From positions 36,444 through 100,443 of the forward strand of contig CAVSMN010000008.1 of NCBI GenBank assembly GCA_963729045.1: 64,000 bases of DNA. Direction: 5' to 3'. The translations under genes and the position numbers were made by a program. Of the stretch, positions 23,429 to 32,488 are shown in pieces; the first letter of the stretch is position 1; each line of letters starts with the position of its first letter. This DNA is from an uncultured Nitrososphaeraceae archaeon (GTDB lineage: Archaea; Thermoproteota; Nitrososphaeria; Nitrososphaerales; Nitrososphaeraceae). Below the pieces are notes generated by a model, which was not told the DNA's origin, made no database searches, and saw nothing but the letters and a program-made list of their open reading frames with translations.

Positions 23429-23624
23429 CAAAAGATCTATAGTTGATTCATGATTTAGATAGGTATTGTTTTTTTGCACAGGATTATAATCAACCTTGAA
23501 CCGTATCCCCACGGGCCCGGACCTTGAAAGATCTATAGTTAATTCATGATTTAGATAGACATTGTTTTTTTGCACAGGATTATATTCAACCTTGAACCGT
23601 ATCCCCACAGGGCCCGGACCTTGA
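23429..23624 (+). repeat. Tandem duplication of a ~96-bp unit, each ending in a family C site (C4, C5)
   Basis: 2x AAAGATCTATAGTT..TTCATGATTTAGATAG...GCACAGGATTATA.TCAACCTTGAACCGTATCCCCAC(A)GGGCCCGGACCTTGA. Confidence 0.92.
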
Positions 23625-23660
23625 TTAGTCAACCAGTTGAAAGAGTAGGAGGCTTTTTTT

Positions 23661-23710
23661 GTTGGAACCCACGTCAGAAAGACGTAGATCCGAGTCCCAC
23701 TCCCGGCGCC
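23661..23710 (+). repeat. Family A site A5 with tRNA-Ser-like 3' end (att-like)
   Basis: GTTGGAACCCACGTCAGAAAGACGTAGATCCGAGTCCCACTCCCGGCGCC; no D or anticodon arm upstream. Confidence 0.85.
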
Positions 23711-23773
23711 TAAAACAGGGAATCATACCATATTTTTATATAATTTGACGAATATCATCAAGTTATTAGTAAA

Positions 23774-24022
23774 TTGTCAGATGTGGTCGATCAAATAACT
23801 TTAGGATTATCTAGACCTTATTTTCGTAACATCCTAAAGAAATTACGTGAAAACAACCAAGAAAATGCATACACAATATGTAAACATATTCTAACTGAAC
23901 AAGCCGAATTTAATATCAAGAATAGCACAAAGGAGGGAAAATTAGGATATTGGTACGGCTCTCAAACTTTTTTGACGATAGAAAAAGATACCAAGACATG
24001 ATCAAAGAAGATATTTTTTTTA
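23774..24022 (+). pseudogene. Truncated N-terminus of a Nitrososphaerales-type tyrosine integrase
   Basis: DQITLGLSRPYFRNILKKLRENNQENAYTICKHILTEQAEFNIKNSTKEG then, after a frameshift, KIRILVRLSNFFDDRKRYQDMIKEDI; recognised from recall of the family, catalytic domain absent. Confidence 0.6.
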
Positions 24023-24194
24023 TATTGATTGACTGATTGTGCCAATATTTGTCTATATTATGAAATACTTACAGGTATAAAAATACTAAATTTCAAAAAG
24101 AAAGTTTGTTTATTCTCATATTGAAATGGTAACTTTTCGTTGGTCAACTTTAAAATGTATTTTTTTAGTTCGGTTTTCATTTGTTTTTATAAAA

Positions 24195-25792
24195 TTATTT
24201 TTTTAAAGGTAAACTAAAACTAAATGTAGCACCATTACCGTCCCTATTGTTTTCAGCCCAAATCTTTCCGCCATGAGCTTCTATTATGCTTTTTGATATA
24301 TACAAACCCAAACCAGTTCCAATAAATGAATTTGAAACAAATTTTTTAAATAAATATGGCATTATTTCCAGATCAATTCCTAATCCTGTATCTATTACGG
24401 CAATTACGACTTCGCTATTATTTTTTTTCTCCATTGTTACAGCTATCGATCCTTTTGTTGTAAACTTTATTGCATTATTTACAAGATTTGACAATACTTG
24501 AGTTATTCTATTTTTGTCTCCTTTTACAACTACGTGACCCTTTGGTGACATCTTTAATTTACCATCGTCATTTTCTTTATTGTTAAAGTCATTTTTACAT
24601 ACAAATAATACATTTTCTTTCTTTTTTTCCATATCTATTGTACAATCATTTATTGTATTTGATATGACGTCAAGAAGATCAAATTCTCCTATGTCAAGCT
24701 TCAATTCATTACTTTCAATTTTAGTTACATCTAGAATATCGTCGGTCAGTTTTTGTAACCTTCTTGCATTTCTATATATGATTGACACACCACGTTCTAT
24801 TTCTTTCATATCAACATGTTTTTTATTTTGAAAATCTCCATTAAGCATTCCTGAAAGCCCGATAATTGGTTGAATCGGTGTTCTCAATTCGTGAGCAGAA
24901 ATGTTTAAGAATTGATCTTTCATCTTTTCTGCTTCTTTGACTTTTATATATTGATTTCGTATAAGAGCATTGCTTTTTTTTAAATTCTTGGTATAGTGTA
25001 TACTAGATAAAGCAAGTGCTATGATGTTGACAAAATATCCCGCATCTTTAATCACATGAGCTAGGTTATGCGCAGTATCAAAAGAAACGGCAGAAAAAGA
25101 CATTATGATTTGAGCGAATATGTCAATTATGAGATAAATAAGAATACCTTTATAAAGAACGTCTTTTTTTAGGTAAAGTCGTTTTTTATAGAAAAAGAAC
25201 AAAGCAAGGACAAACAATATCAGAGGTGGAATCTCATAGGGCCTATGAACGGAGTAATCATCTAAAACAGAGGCAGGAAAGACCAAAAATAGTGAGCTCA
25301 AAGCAATACTAGATGCCAATACACCTAAAATTATTATATATAGAATGGAGTTGTCTATTATATTTTTTTTAGATTTTTAGAGGGGTTGATCTTTTGATCA
25401 GTATCATACTGTTTATCAAGATTGACAAGGTCTTCTTCTTCTTCTTTAGATGTGTATGAATATTTCACTACTGCAATTAAGAGCATAGCGCTGAGAAAAA
25501 ATCTTCCTGCAAACCATGTTTGAGGAATGAAATACTTCAAGAAATCAATATTTTCAATTAGTGTTATTGATACTATTACGTGTAACATATCAATTAATCC
25601 GCTAATTAGAAATCCGATACCAACAAAAAGGCTAAAATTGTCCTTTAAAACTCTTGCACGCAGAATATAATAGAAAGCTAATGCTGAAACTAAAATAACT
25701 GCAAATAATTCAATATAAAAATGATGGATTTCTGATGCCACCCACAAAAAAGGATCAAAAGATATGATAGTTAGTATTATGAGAGGTATCAT
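24195..25792 (-). pseudogene. Membrane sensor histidine kinase (MASE3-like N-terminus), split by one frameshift
   Basis: SAHELRTPIQP, QVLSNLVNNAIKF, DTGLGI, GTGLGL; adding one A to the A8 tract at ~25363-25370 joins ORFs 25358..25792 and 24195..25319. Confidence 0.85.
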
Positions 25793-25892
25793 AGGTAAGA
25801 GCGTAAATTTGACTAATACTCTAAAGAATACTGAATTATTGTTATGGAATAAACTTTTATGAATCGTTATAAACAGAACTTATTTCTATTGA

Positions 25893-27071
25893 TCAATCAT
25901 TTATTATTGATTTTATTTTTAATATGAAATCTTCTGGTTCTATGGGCTTTCTAATGATCTCTTTCATGTTTATTCCAGGAACCGACTCTATTAATTCGTG
26001 TACAACATCCAGTGCTGATATCAATAAAATTTTCGCATAGGGATTTATTGCTCTTAGTTTATGATAAAGCTGAATACCATTTATTCCAGGCATTCGAATG
26101 TCCATCAGAATCAAATTATAAAAGTAAGGGCTTTTCTCTGTAAAATGTGTAAAAGCTTCAATTGAATTTGAAAAAGCCTTGACTTTATAACCTTGTCTAT
26201 TTAAAAGGGTAGTAAAGGTGTAAAGAATATCTTCTTCATCGTCTATTATTAGAATATTGATAATGGTGTTAGCAATAGGTTTTGATAAATTATTTTTCTT
26301 TAGTGTATTTTGTATTTCTCTGTAGTCAAGTATAGTTTTATTCCTTTGAATTTCATCTAGTATACTTACAGAATACAAACAATCAAAATTTTTAACGGAT
26401 TTGATGTTATTAAAGCCATTATTTTGTAGATTTACCTTATGTATAGCATAGTTGTTAATGAATTGAGATTTACTAACTCTATAATATAGTTTTTCCCCAA
26501 TCCACAATTCTTTTGAAGACACAAAATTATTCATTTTTGAACATTCATTAATAACTGATCCAAACAAGTCAACTTCATTAGAATTATCAGACATTGCTAT
26601 TTCCACCTCTCCATAATCCATACAGATTCTATAATTGATAGGCTGCAATTCATTCTCGCATAACTGACTATCTAGTATACTACTGGATGAAAGCATTCTC
26701 ATTCCACATTCAAATACTTCATGAAAGGCCGGCTCGTTGGTTTCGTCACAAGTTTTGGGAAAATAGAAAAACAGACTATCCCCAATATTTTTAATAACCT
26801 TTCCATTGCAATTATTGATTACAGATGACATTGTATTAAGAAATAACGAATAATATTTTCTCAATTTAGGTGGACTAGATATTTTTGAGGTTTCATTAGT
26901 TGAATTAACAATATCAATAATGCCTATACAATATTGCTGAGTATAGTTAATGAATTTTATTTGATCATTATCATCTGTAAGATTAGCATTTGTAAGATTA
27001 TCAGGTCTTGATCTAACATAATTATAGGCATCTTTATCATAATCTATACGATTAGAACTTAATACTTCCAA
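25893..27071 (-). CDS. Class III adenylate/guanylate cyclase with C-terminal receiver domain
   Basis: IGIIDIVNST, KNIGDSL, DLFGSVINECSK; then ILIIDDE, LMDIRMPG, RKP. Confidence 0.88.
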   Translation of the reverse strand: MEVLSSNRIDYDKDAYNYVRSRPDNLTNANLTDDNDQIKFINYTQQYCIGIIDIVNSTNETSKISSPPKLRKYYSLFLNTMSSVINNCNGKVIKNIGDSLFFYFPKTCDETNEPAFHEVFECGMRMLSSSSILDSQLCENELQPINYRICMDYGEVEIAMSDNSNEVDLFGSVINECSKMNNFVSSKELWIGEKLYYRVSKSQFINNYAIHKVNLQNNGFNNIKSVKNFDCLYSVSILDEIQRNKTILDYREIQNTLKKNNLSKPIANTIINILIIDDEEDILYTFTTLLNRQGYKVKAFSNSIEAFTHFTEKSPYFYNLILMDIRMPGINGIQLYHKLRAINPYAKILLISALDVVHELIESVPGINMKEIIRKPIEPEDFILKIKSIIND

Positions 27072-27423
27072 TTATCTGCAAATCCTACTATATATCACAC
27101 GGAACTGCTATATATTGTTACATATTGTTATTTGTTCACAATAACAAACTAAGGATTTGTAATTAAATTGTAGTAGTCTTGGGCTCCAGCAATACAATCT
27201 CACACAAACTGATATATTTTTTAACTTTAGTTTATCATGTATTTTCTAAAATTTTCGATTATAAGTTGAAGTCATCGTTATTTCTACCCTGGCATTCCTG
27301 TATTCTAAGAATAATTTTGATTTAGTATCAATATATCTGAATTTGGATGGAGTGACCATCATCATGTCCACTAAGAAGACCTAATTCTTGAATCATTCTT
27401 TCAAATTGTAAAATTTGAAGTAT

Positions 27424-27476
27424 CGAATTTGGAACCCCGTCTGAAAGCCGTAGATTCGAGTCCCAACTTCGTCTGT
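27424..27476 (+). repeat. Family A site A6
   Basis: CGAATTTGGAACCCCGTCTGAAAGCCGTAGATTCGAGTCCCAACTTCGTCTGT. Confidence 0.88.
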
Positions 27477-27481
27477 GTTTG

Positions 27482-28348
27482 TTATTTATCCATGGTTGTA
27501 TTCAATCCCACATTGAACATGCCACTATATCCGCCATCGGACTTTGATACATTAAGCATTAGGTGATTTCCAGTGTTATTTTTTATTAAACCATCAGTAG
27601 AAGGTCCTGTAAAAATGAAATCTTGCTCATTTGTCATAGGAACAGGTCCATGGTTGCTATATGGTGGTTGTAAATGTACTTCTTTATTAATTGAATCGGG
27701 AAGATACAACTGGGAAGTCCATTCAAAGGTTTTCTCGGGACCTTCAAAATCCCTTATTTTTAAGTGAATGTGTATTGCTCTATTTTCATACCATCCTGGA
27801 TAGATTGTTTCAAACTTTGCAGTTCCATTTTCATCAGTAATCTGATATCCACGAAGATATACCAATCCTTGTGTTCCATCTTCCTCTACTCCAGAATAAA
27901 GACCTTGAGAATTTGCTTCCCAAAGGTCCATTTTAGCACCACTAAAAGGAACACAAGTTCCCTTTCCATCTCCATCGGTGTCATCAACTCTATATACGTT
28001 GAATGTTATGTTCAAAGGAATACCCTCCTGTATTGAACCATCAGATGGTTCAGAACGTAGATCAGAACGGTTTGGCATATTGTCAACGAAATATGGACCT
28101 TCAATCTGTTGAGGTGTACCTTCAACTTCGATTAAGGAAGGTGTTAGCGTACAAGTTTTGTTTGTCGATGTGGCTTTTTGTTGTTGAGGTAGTTCTTCAA
28201 ATGGCGGTGGGGAAGTAGGCGGCAATCGTTCAGGAGAAGAGGAAATTTGAGCAAAAGATTGTTGATTGATAACAGTATTAAATTCGAGAGGTATAGTAAA
28301 TATGAAGACAATAGTTAATAGTAACATCAATTTTTTGTATATATTCAT
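27482..28348 (-). CDS. Secreted intradiol ring-cleavage dioxygenase-like protein
   Basis: Signal peptide; EGPYF, DLWEANSQGLYSG, LRGYQITD, TIYPGWYENRAIHIH. Confidence 0.88.
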   Translation of the reverse strand: MNIYKKLMLLLTIVFIFTIPLEFNTVINQQSFAQISSSPERLPPTSPPPFEELPQQQKATSTNKTCTLTPSLIEVEGTPQQIEGPYFVDNMPNRSDLRSEPSDGSIQEGIPLNITFNVYRVDDTDGDGKGTCVPFSGAKMDLWEANSQGLYSGVEEDGTQGLVYLRGYQITDENGTAKFETIYPGWYENRAIHIHLKIRDFEGPEKTFEWTSQLYLPDSINKEVHLQPPYSNHGPVPMTNEQDFIFTGPSTDGLIKNNTGNHLMLNVSKSDGGYSGMFNVGLNTTMDK

Positions 28349-28498
28349 TTAAAGTACTTACTTCTTATAGTATTTATAACACATAGTTTCGTAGCATTTT
28401 TCTAATCTTTAACAAAACTCGTCATCTAATGGATTGATTTACTTGATTGATATATGTCTAATAAATTCGTCAATCAAAATTAATCACACAATAAGTTT

Positions 28499-28536
28499 AA
28501 CCCATGACTACCTAACACGCAAACAAATCCCATCTC
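28499..28536 (+). repeat. Family B site B3
   Basis: AACCCATGACTACCTAACACGCAAACAAATCCCATCTC. Confidence 0.8.
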
Positions 28537-28628
28537 GTTCCTATTTCTCCTTTGCCTCGTTTGAGGATCCAGACGGAAACGGCTGGCTGCTTCAAGAGAT
28601 CCAGACGCGGTTTCCTGGTCGAGAGTAG
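28536..28628 (+). pseudogene. VOC/glyoxalase C-terminal fragment
   Basis: RSYFSFASFEDPDGNGWLLQEIQTRFPGRE*; begins directly at site B3. Confidence 0.7.
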
Positions 28629-28860
28629 AATAGGACTATCAGAGGATCTACATTAAATTTATTATCAATATGACTGGACCAACACCTTTCTATTTACTTT
28701 AATGTGTGCTCTTTGATGAGAGAGTGATGGAGACTGTACAACGGGCGCAACCAAATTTTTGCCCGGCTAAATGTTAGCCCAATCCCGATAAATAAAATTT
28801 GTTCCTTGAAAGTTAACTAATGAATACTTGATTAATTCTGTATCCTCATCGAAATAGTAT

Positions 28861-29379
28861 TTACGAAAAAGAATTGAAAAAGTCGATAAACGGTTTTAGT
28901 ATATTGTCTGTTTGTGATGGAGGCATAGAATGAGGAATGAGTAAATCAAAAGAACTAACCGTAAAAGGAGTAGTATTTTTATATAATTGCAAAATTATTC
29001 TATGTTCTCCGTCATCTGGAAAAATATAATCGACAGAAAATTGTCCATCAATTACAGGCAAGAGTTTATTTTCAAATTTATATAATCGTCCATCATGGTC
29101 TGTTATAGTAACTCTAGTATTCAGGTCCTCAAAAGGTTTGGAGTTATTAAGAGAGGTCACTTCAAATAATATTTTTGTAGTTTCGTCGATAACTGGGACT
29201 ATTGGCATAAGTTGTACGGTTACATTCAAATTATTCCGTTCGCTTATCCAACTATCGTTTTTAACGATTGACGGATTAGTATCATTTAAAGAAAAAGCAT
29301 TAGAATTATATTCAGAAAACGCAAGTAATATAGAAAAAAAAGAAGAAACTATTATTATTAATTTTCTGCACATCTGCAT
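28861..29379 (-). CDS. Secreted hypothetical protein (Ig-like/YtkA-like)
   Basis: Signal peptide; FSVDYIFPDDGEHRIILQ. Confidence 0.7.
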   Translation of the reverse strand: MQMCRKLIIIVSSFFSILLAFSEYNSNAFSLNDTNPSIVKNDSWISERNNLNVTVQLMPIVPVIDETTKILFEVTSLNNSKPFEDLNTRVTITDHDGRLYKFENKLLPVIDGQFSVDYIFPDDGEHRIILQLYKNTTPFTVSSFDLLIPHSMPPSQTDNILKPFIDFFNSFS

Positions 29380-29698
29380 ATATTATTTGATAATTCAGAT
29401 TATATAGACATACGCGAGCCAGATGGCTTTCAACTTTCATTTGCCCGGCCTCTCTAGAATACACGATTTAAAGAATTAGATTTAGATGGTCATAGAAAAA
29501 ACTTTAGTATCATTCTAATTTTGACTTTCTCCTATTCAGCAACAACAGTACAAATATGGTTAAATTTACAATCCTAACCCATTTTATTCTGTGTCGTCAA
29601 ACAGAATTATAGAATTACTACCGTTGTTAAATACCTATTATCACACGAGTTCAATATTTGTTATTCATTCAAACTTTTTAAAATAACTTCTTGCAACC

Positions 29699-30337
29699 TT
29701 GGTTAAGTTTATAAAGTTTTTTGGACAAAATAATATAGGTAGGTGTTATTACATATCTGTTGAAAATAATATTATTCAGATGAATGCAGCAAATGCATCC
29801 AATACCATATCAGAATCAGATTATGGGATTCACACATTAGTTGTTTATGAGGACTTAGTAATACTAAGAGAATTTTATTCTCAATATGTAAAAAAAGGGA
29901 TTGAGGAAAGAAATGAAGTTATTCAACTGGCACCTTTTTATGAAACCGAAGATTCTGTGCGAAAAATACTTTCTGAAGGACTCACATCCATAGATATAGA
30001 AAAATGGGAAAAGGCCGAAAAATCATTAATAATCGTCGATTCATTAAAGAAATACATAGGTAACGTATCACCAGACTCTGATTATAATTATAACAAAACC
30101 TTGGTTGAGTATGCTAAGTCGAAGGGGAAATCAGGTGTATCAATCATAGCCGATAAAGGTACCTTTCCTTTTAAACATCGCATAGACGACCTTGTAAATT
30201 TTGAGTTATCTCTTCCTTCTAAATACGATATTGAGTTGAAGAGGATATGCGTATATCATCAAAAAGATTTTAATAGATTGTCGGAGGAGCAAAAGCAAAA
30301 GTTACTAAATCATCACTTAATTGCAGTAAAAATATGA
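29699..30337 (+). CDS. MEDS-domain protein, paralog of 10287..10889 (likely start ~29780)
   Basis: Shared EERNEVIQLAPFYETEDSVRK...SLIIVDSLKKY...FPFKHR. Confidence 0.75.
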   Translation: MVKFIKFFGQNNIGRCYYISVENNIIQMNAANASNTISESDYGIHTLVVYEDLVILREFYSQYVKKGIEERNEVIQLAPFYETEDSVRKILSEGLTSIDIEKWEKAEKSLIIVDSLKKYIGNVSPDSDYNYNKTLVEYAKSKGKSGVSIIADKGTFPFKHRIDDLVNFELSLPSKYDIELKRICVYHQKDFNRLSEEQKQKLLNHHLIAVKI

Positions 30338-30344
30338 ATCAGCA

Positions 30345-30727
30345 TGTTCACTTTTTCCAAGCATCGTTTATCATTTCTCGTAGGTCAGAAAAACGAACAG
30401 GTTTTTGAATTAGTCGGTCAATTCTTGCATTTTTAAAGTCTTCTCTATCTTCCAAATCTTTACATCAAAAGCAGTCATCAAGAAAATTTTTATTTTATTG
30501 TCAAATTCCCTTACCTTCATGGCAAGGTCGATCCCACATATACCTGGCATTCTCAAGTCTGTTATTATCAATGAATGTTTATCCGAAGTTTTCTTATAAT
30601 ACTCCAAAGCCAATACCGGGTCGGTGAAAGAGACTACATCATACCCTTGATTTTTCAAAAATGCTTTGAACAGAGATGCAAGTTCTGGTTCGTCATCCAC
30701 TACGATGATGGAACGAGAGATTGACAT
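30345..30727 (-). pseudogene. Response regulator receiver, frameshifted near 30460; paralog of 9824..10198
   Basis: IVVDDE, ITDLRMPG, FLMTAF; C-terminus ARIDRLIQKPVRFSDLRE in another frame. Confidence 0.8.
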
Positions 30728-31007
30728 TTCGTATTAATTTTTTTAAGTAGTATTATTTAAGTTTGTTGTAGTCAAAGATAAAACTAACAGATTAAGAAGT
30801 GGTCATAACATTTTTTTAGATTCAATTACATATACTCGGGGTGTTTGATTTCTTAAAACTTAACTTATCCAATCATTTGTTTTGATTATTGTATTTTAGT
30901 ATATTCTAAATGCGACCTAAATTTAGTAATTATAAAGAAATAATCATGAGGAGTGATAAAATCAAAGTCTACTCCTCATATATCCTAACACCTAAGCGAT
31001 AATTATC

Positions 31008-31057
31008 GTTGGAACCCACGTCCGAAAGACGTAGATTCGAGCCCCAACTTCGTCTGG
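31008..31057 (+). repeat. Family A site A7
   Basis: GTTGGAACCCACGTCCGAAAGACGTAGATTCGAGCCCCAACTTCGTCTGG. Confidence 0.88.
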
Positions 31058-31104
31058 TTTTTTATTGTTCAACTTAAGTTCCTGTTCCTTAAGAAAAAAA
31101 GTTA

Positions 31105-31270
31105 CTATAAAATATTGCAGAACGGTCTTAACAAACTCTAATATTTATTATTCATATTATTGTATGTACATCAAATATTGACTATTCAAAGCTACAGGTC
31201 GAATCGAATGGCATCAGTTACCGGATGTTACCAATAGTAGATCAATATTTGTTATTCATTCAAACCTTTT
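31105..31270 (+). repeat. ~165-bp duplication, copy 2 (downstream flank and last codons of the aquaporin)
   Basis: Matches 9474-9642. Confidence 0.9.
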
Positions 31271-31949
31271 TTCTACAGATTAATGCAATCATTGCAGTAC
31301 CCACAAATGTTGCTGTCCAGTATAACCATAGATCAGTCCATACACCAGATAATAACGCTGGTGCCAAAGAACGTGCAGGGTTCATTGACAATCCAGATAT
31401 AAAAGTCAAAAACAAAATATCTAGTCCAACAATACCTCCGATAGCGATACCGCTGAATCCCTTCAAACCTTTTGTATAAACTACAGTCAATATCACTGCC
31501 ATTAATAGAGCTGATGCCAAAACTTCTGTTCCAAATATTAGAGGTAAAGGATATGAATAGTTAGGAGAGTTAGCTCCTAGACTTGCCTCATTACCTATTA
31601 CTATACTCACAAAAAGACTTGCTAGAAAAGCACCAACTATCTCCGCCAAAAGATACAAAACTAGTAGCTTTTTTGTGATGTGCTTTGTGATTAAAAATCC
31701 AACAGATACAGCAGGGTTAAAATGAGCCATAGAGATTTTTCCAAAAAGATATACACCTATTGCAACGCCCACAAAAGGAGCAAATGCAACAAATGGTAGT
31801 CCAAGAATACCATTTAACTTTGCATTAATAACTACCGAACCTGTAGCTAAAACAACAACGACAAACGTTCCCACCAGTTCTGCGATAAACCTTTTTTGAT
31901 TAGTAGATAGCTTGCTAACTACAGATTCAAAAGTAGATTCCTTTGACAT
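31260..31949 (-). CDS. MIP/aquaporin family channel (probable arsenite efflux)
   Basis: AHFNPAVS and SMNPARS motifs; in operon with arsC and arsM. Confidence 0.92.
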   Translation of the reverse strand: MSKESTFESVVSKLSTNQKRFIAELVGTFVVVVLATGSVVINAKLNGILGLPFVAFAPFVGVAIGVYLFGKISMAHFNPAVSVGFLITKHITKKLLVLYLLAEIVGAFLASLFVSIVIGNEASLGANSPNYSYPLPLIFGTEVLASALLMAVILTVVYTKGLKGFSGIAIGGIVGLDILFLTFISGLSMNPARSLAPALLSGVWTDLWLYWTATFVGTAMIALICRKKV

Positions 31950-32009
31950 GATTATTTACTAGGAGTTACTTGGATTCACTTTAACTGAACGAAATAAAGT
32001 GCTATTATC

Positions 32010-32462
32010 TTAAATTGGAATTTTATTGTCTCTGGCAGAGTCAATTATTTCCAATACTCTTTTTTCAATTTCATCTCTTATTTGTCTCACTTTCTCTATC
32101 GGCTTGTCTTTTGGATCTTCAATACCCCAGTCTATAACTTTTGGTAAAAATAATGCAGGACAGTATTTATCGTCCATACAACCCATATTGATTATGGTTG
32201 TTGCATTTCGCATCATATCTTCTGTCAAATCTTTAGGCTTTTGACTGCTGATGTCTATTCCAACCTCTTTCATAACATCTACTGCAATCGGATTAATTTG
32301 AGAAGTTGGAACTGTACCTGCACTAACCGTTTCGTAGCCTTTTGGTGCATACTTTCTAAAGAAACTTTCTGCCATCTGACTTCTCCCCGCGTTTTGAACG
32401 CATACAAAGAGGATAGTTTTTTTTGTATTATCGGAGGATTTTTTGCCAAATGAAAATTTCAT
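32010..32462 (-). CDS. arsC: Arsenate reductase (LMW-PTP/thioredoxin type)
   Basis: FVCVQNAGRSQMAE, SAGT, MGC...CP, WGIEDP. Confidence 0.92.
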   Translation of the reverse strand: MKFSFGKKSSDNTKKTILFVCVQNAGRSQMAESFFRKYAPKGYETVSAGTVPTSQINPIAVDVMKEVGIDISSQKPKDLTEDMMRNATTIINMGCMDDKYCPALFLPKVIDWGIEDPKDKPIEKVRQIRDEIEKRVLEIIDSARDNKIPI

Positions 32463-32488
32463 CTATATCACTTCTCTTGCTAACCGTC

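Noticed and set aside
23429..23624. Tandem repeat as a CRISPR array
   Set aside because: Two whole-unit copies with no unique spacers, and no cas genes in the window.
23426..23632. 68-aa minus-strand ORF
   Set aside because: Translation of the tandem att-like repeat.
23640..23710. Complete tRNA gene at A5 (also considered at A1 and A14)
   Set aside because: Only T-arm/acceptor 3' sequence is present; no matching 5' acceptor strand, D arm or anticodon arm upstream.
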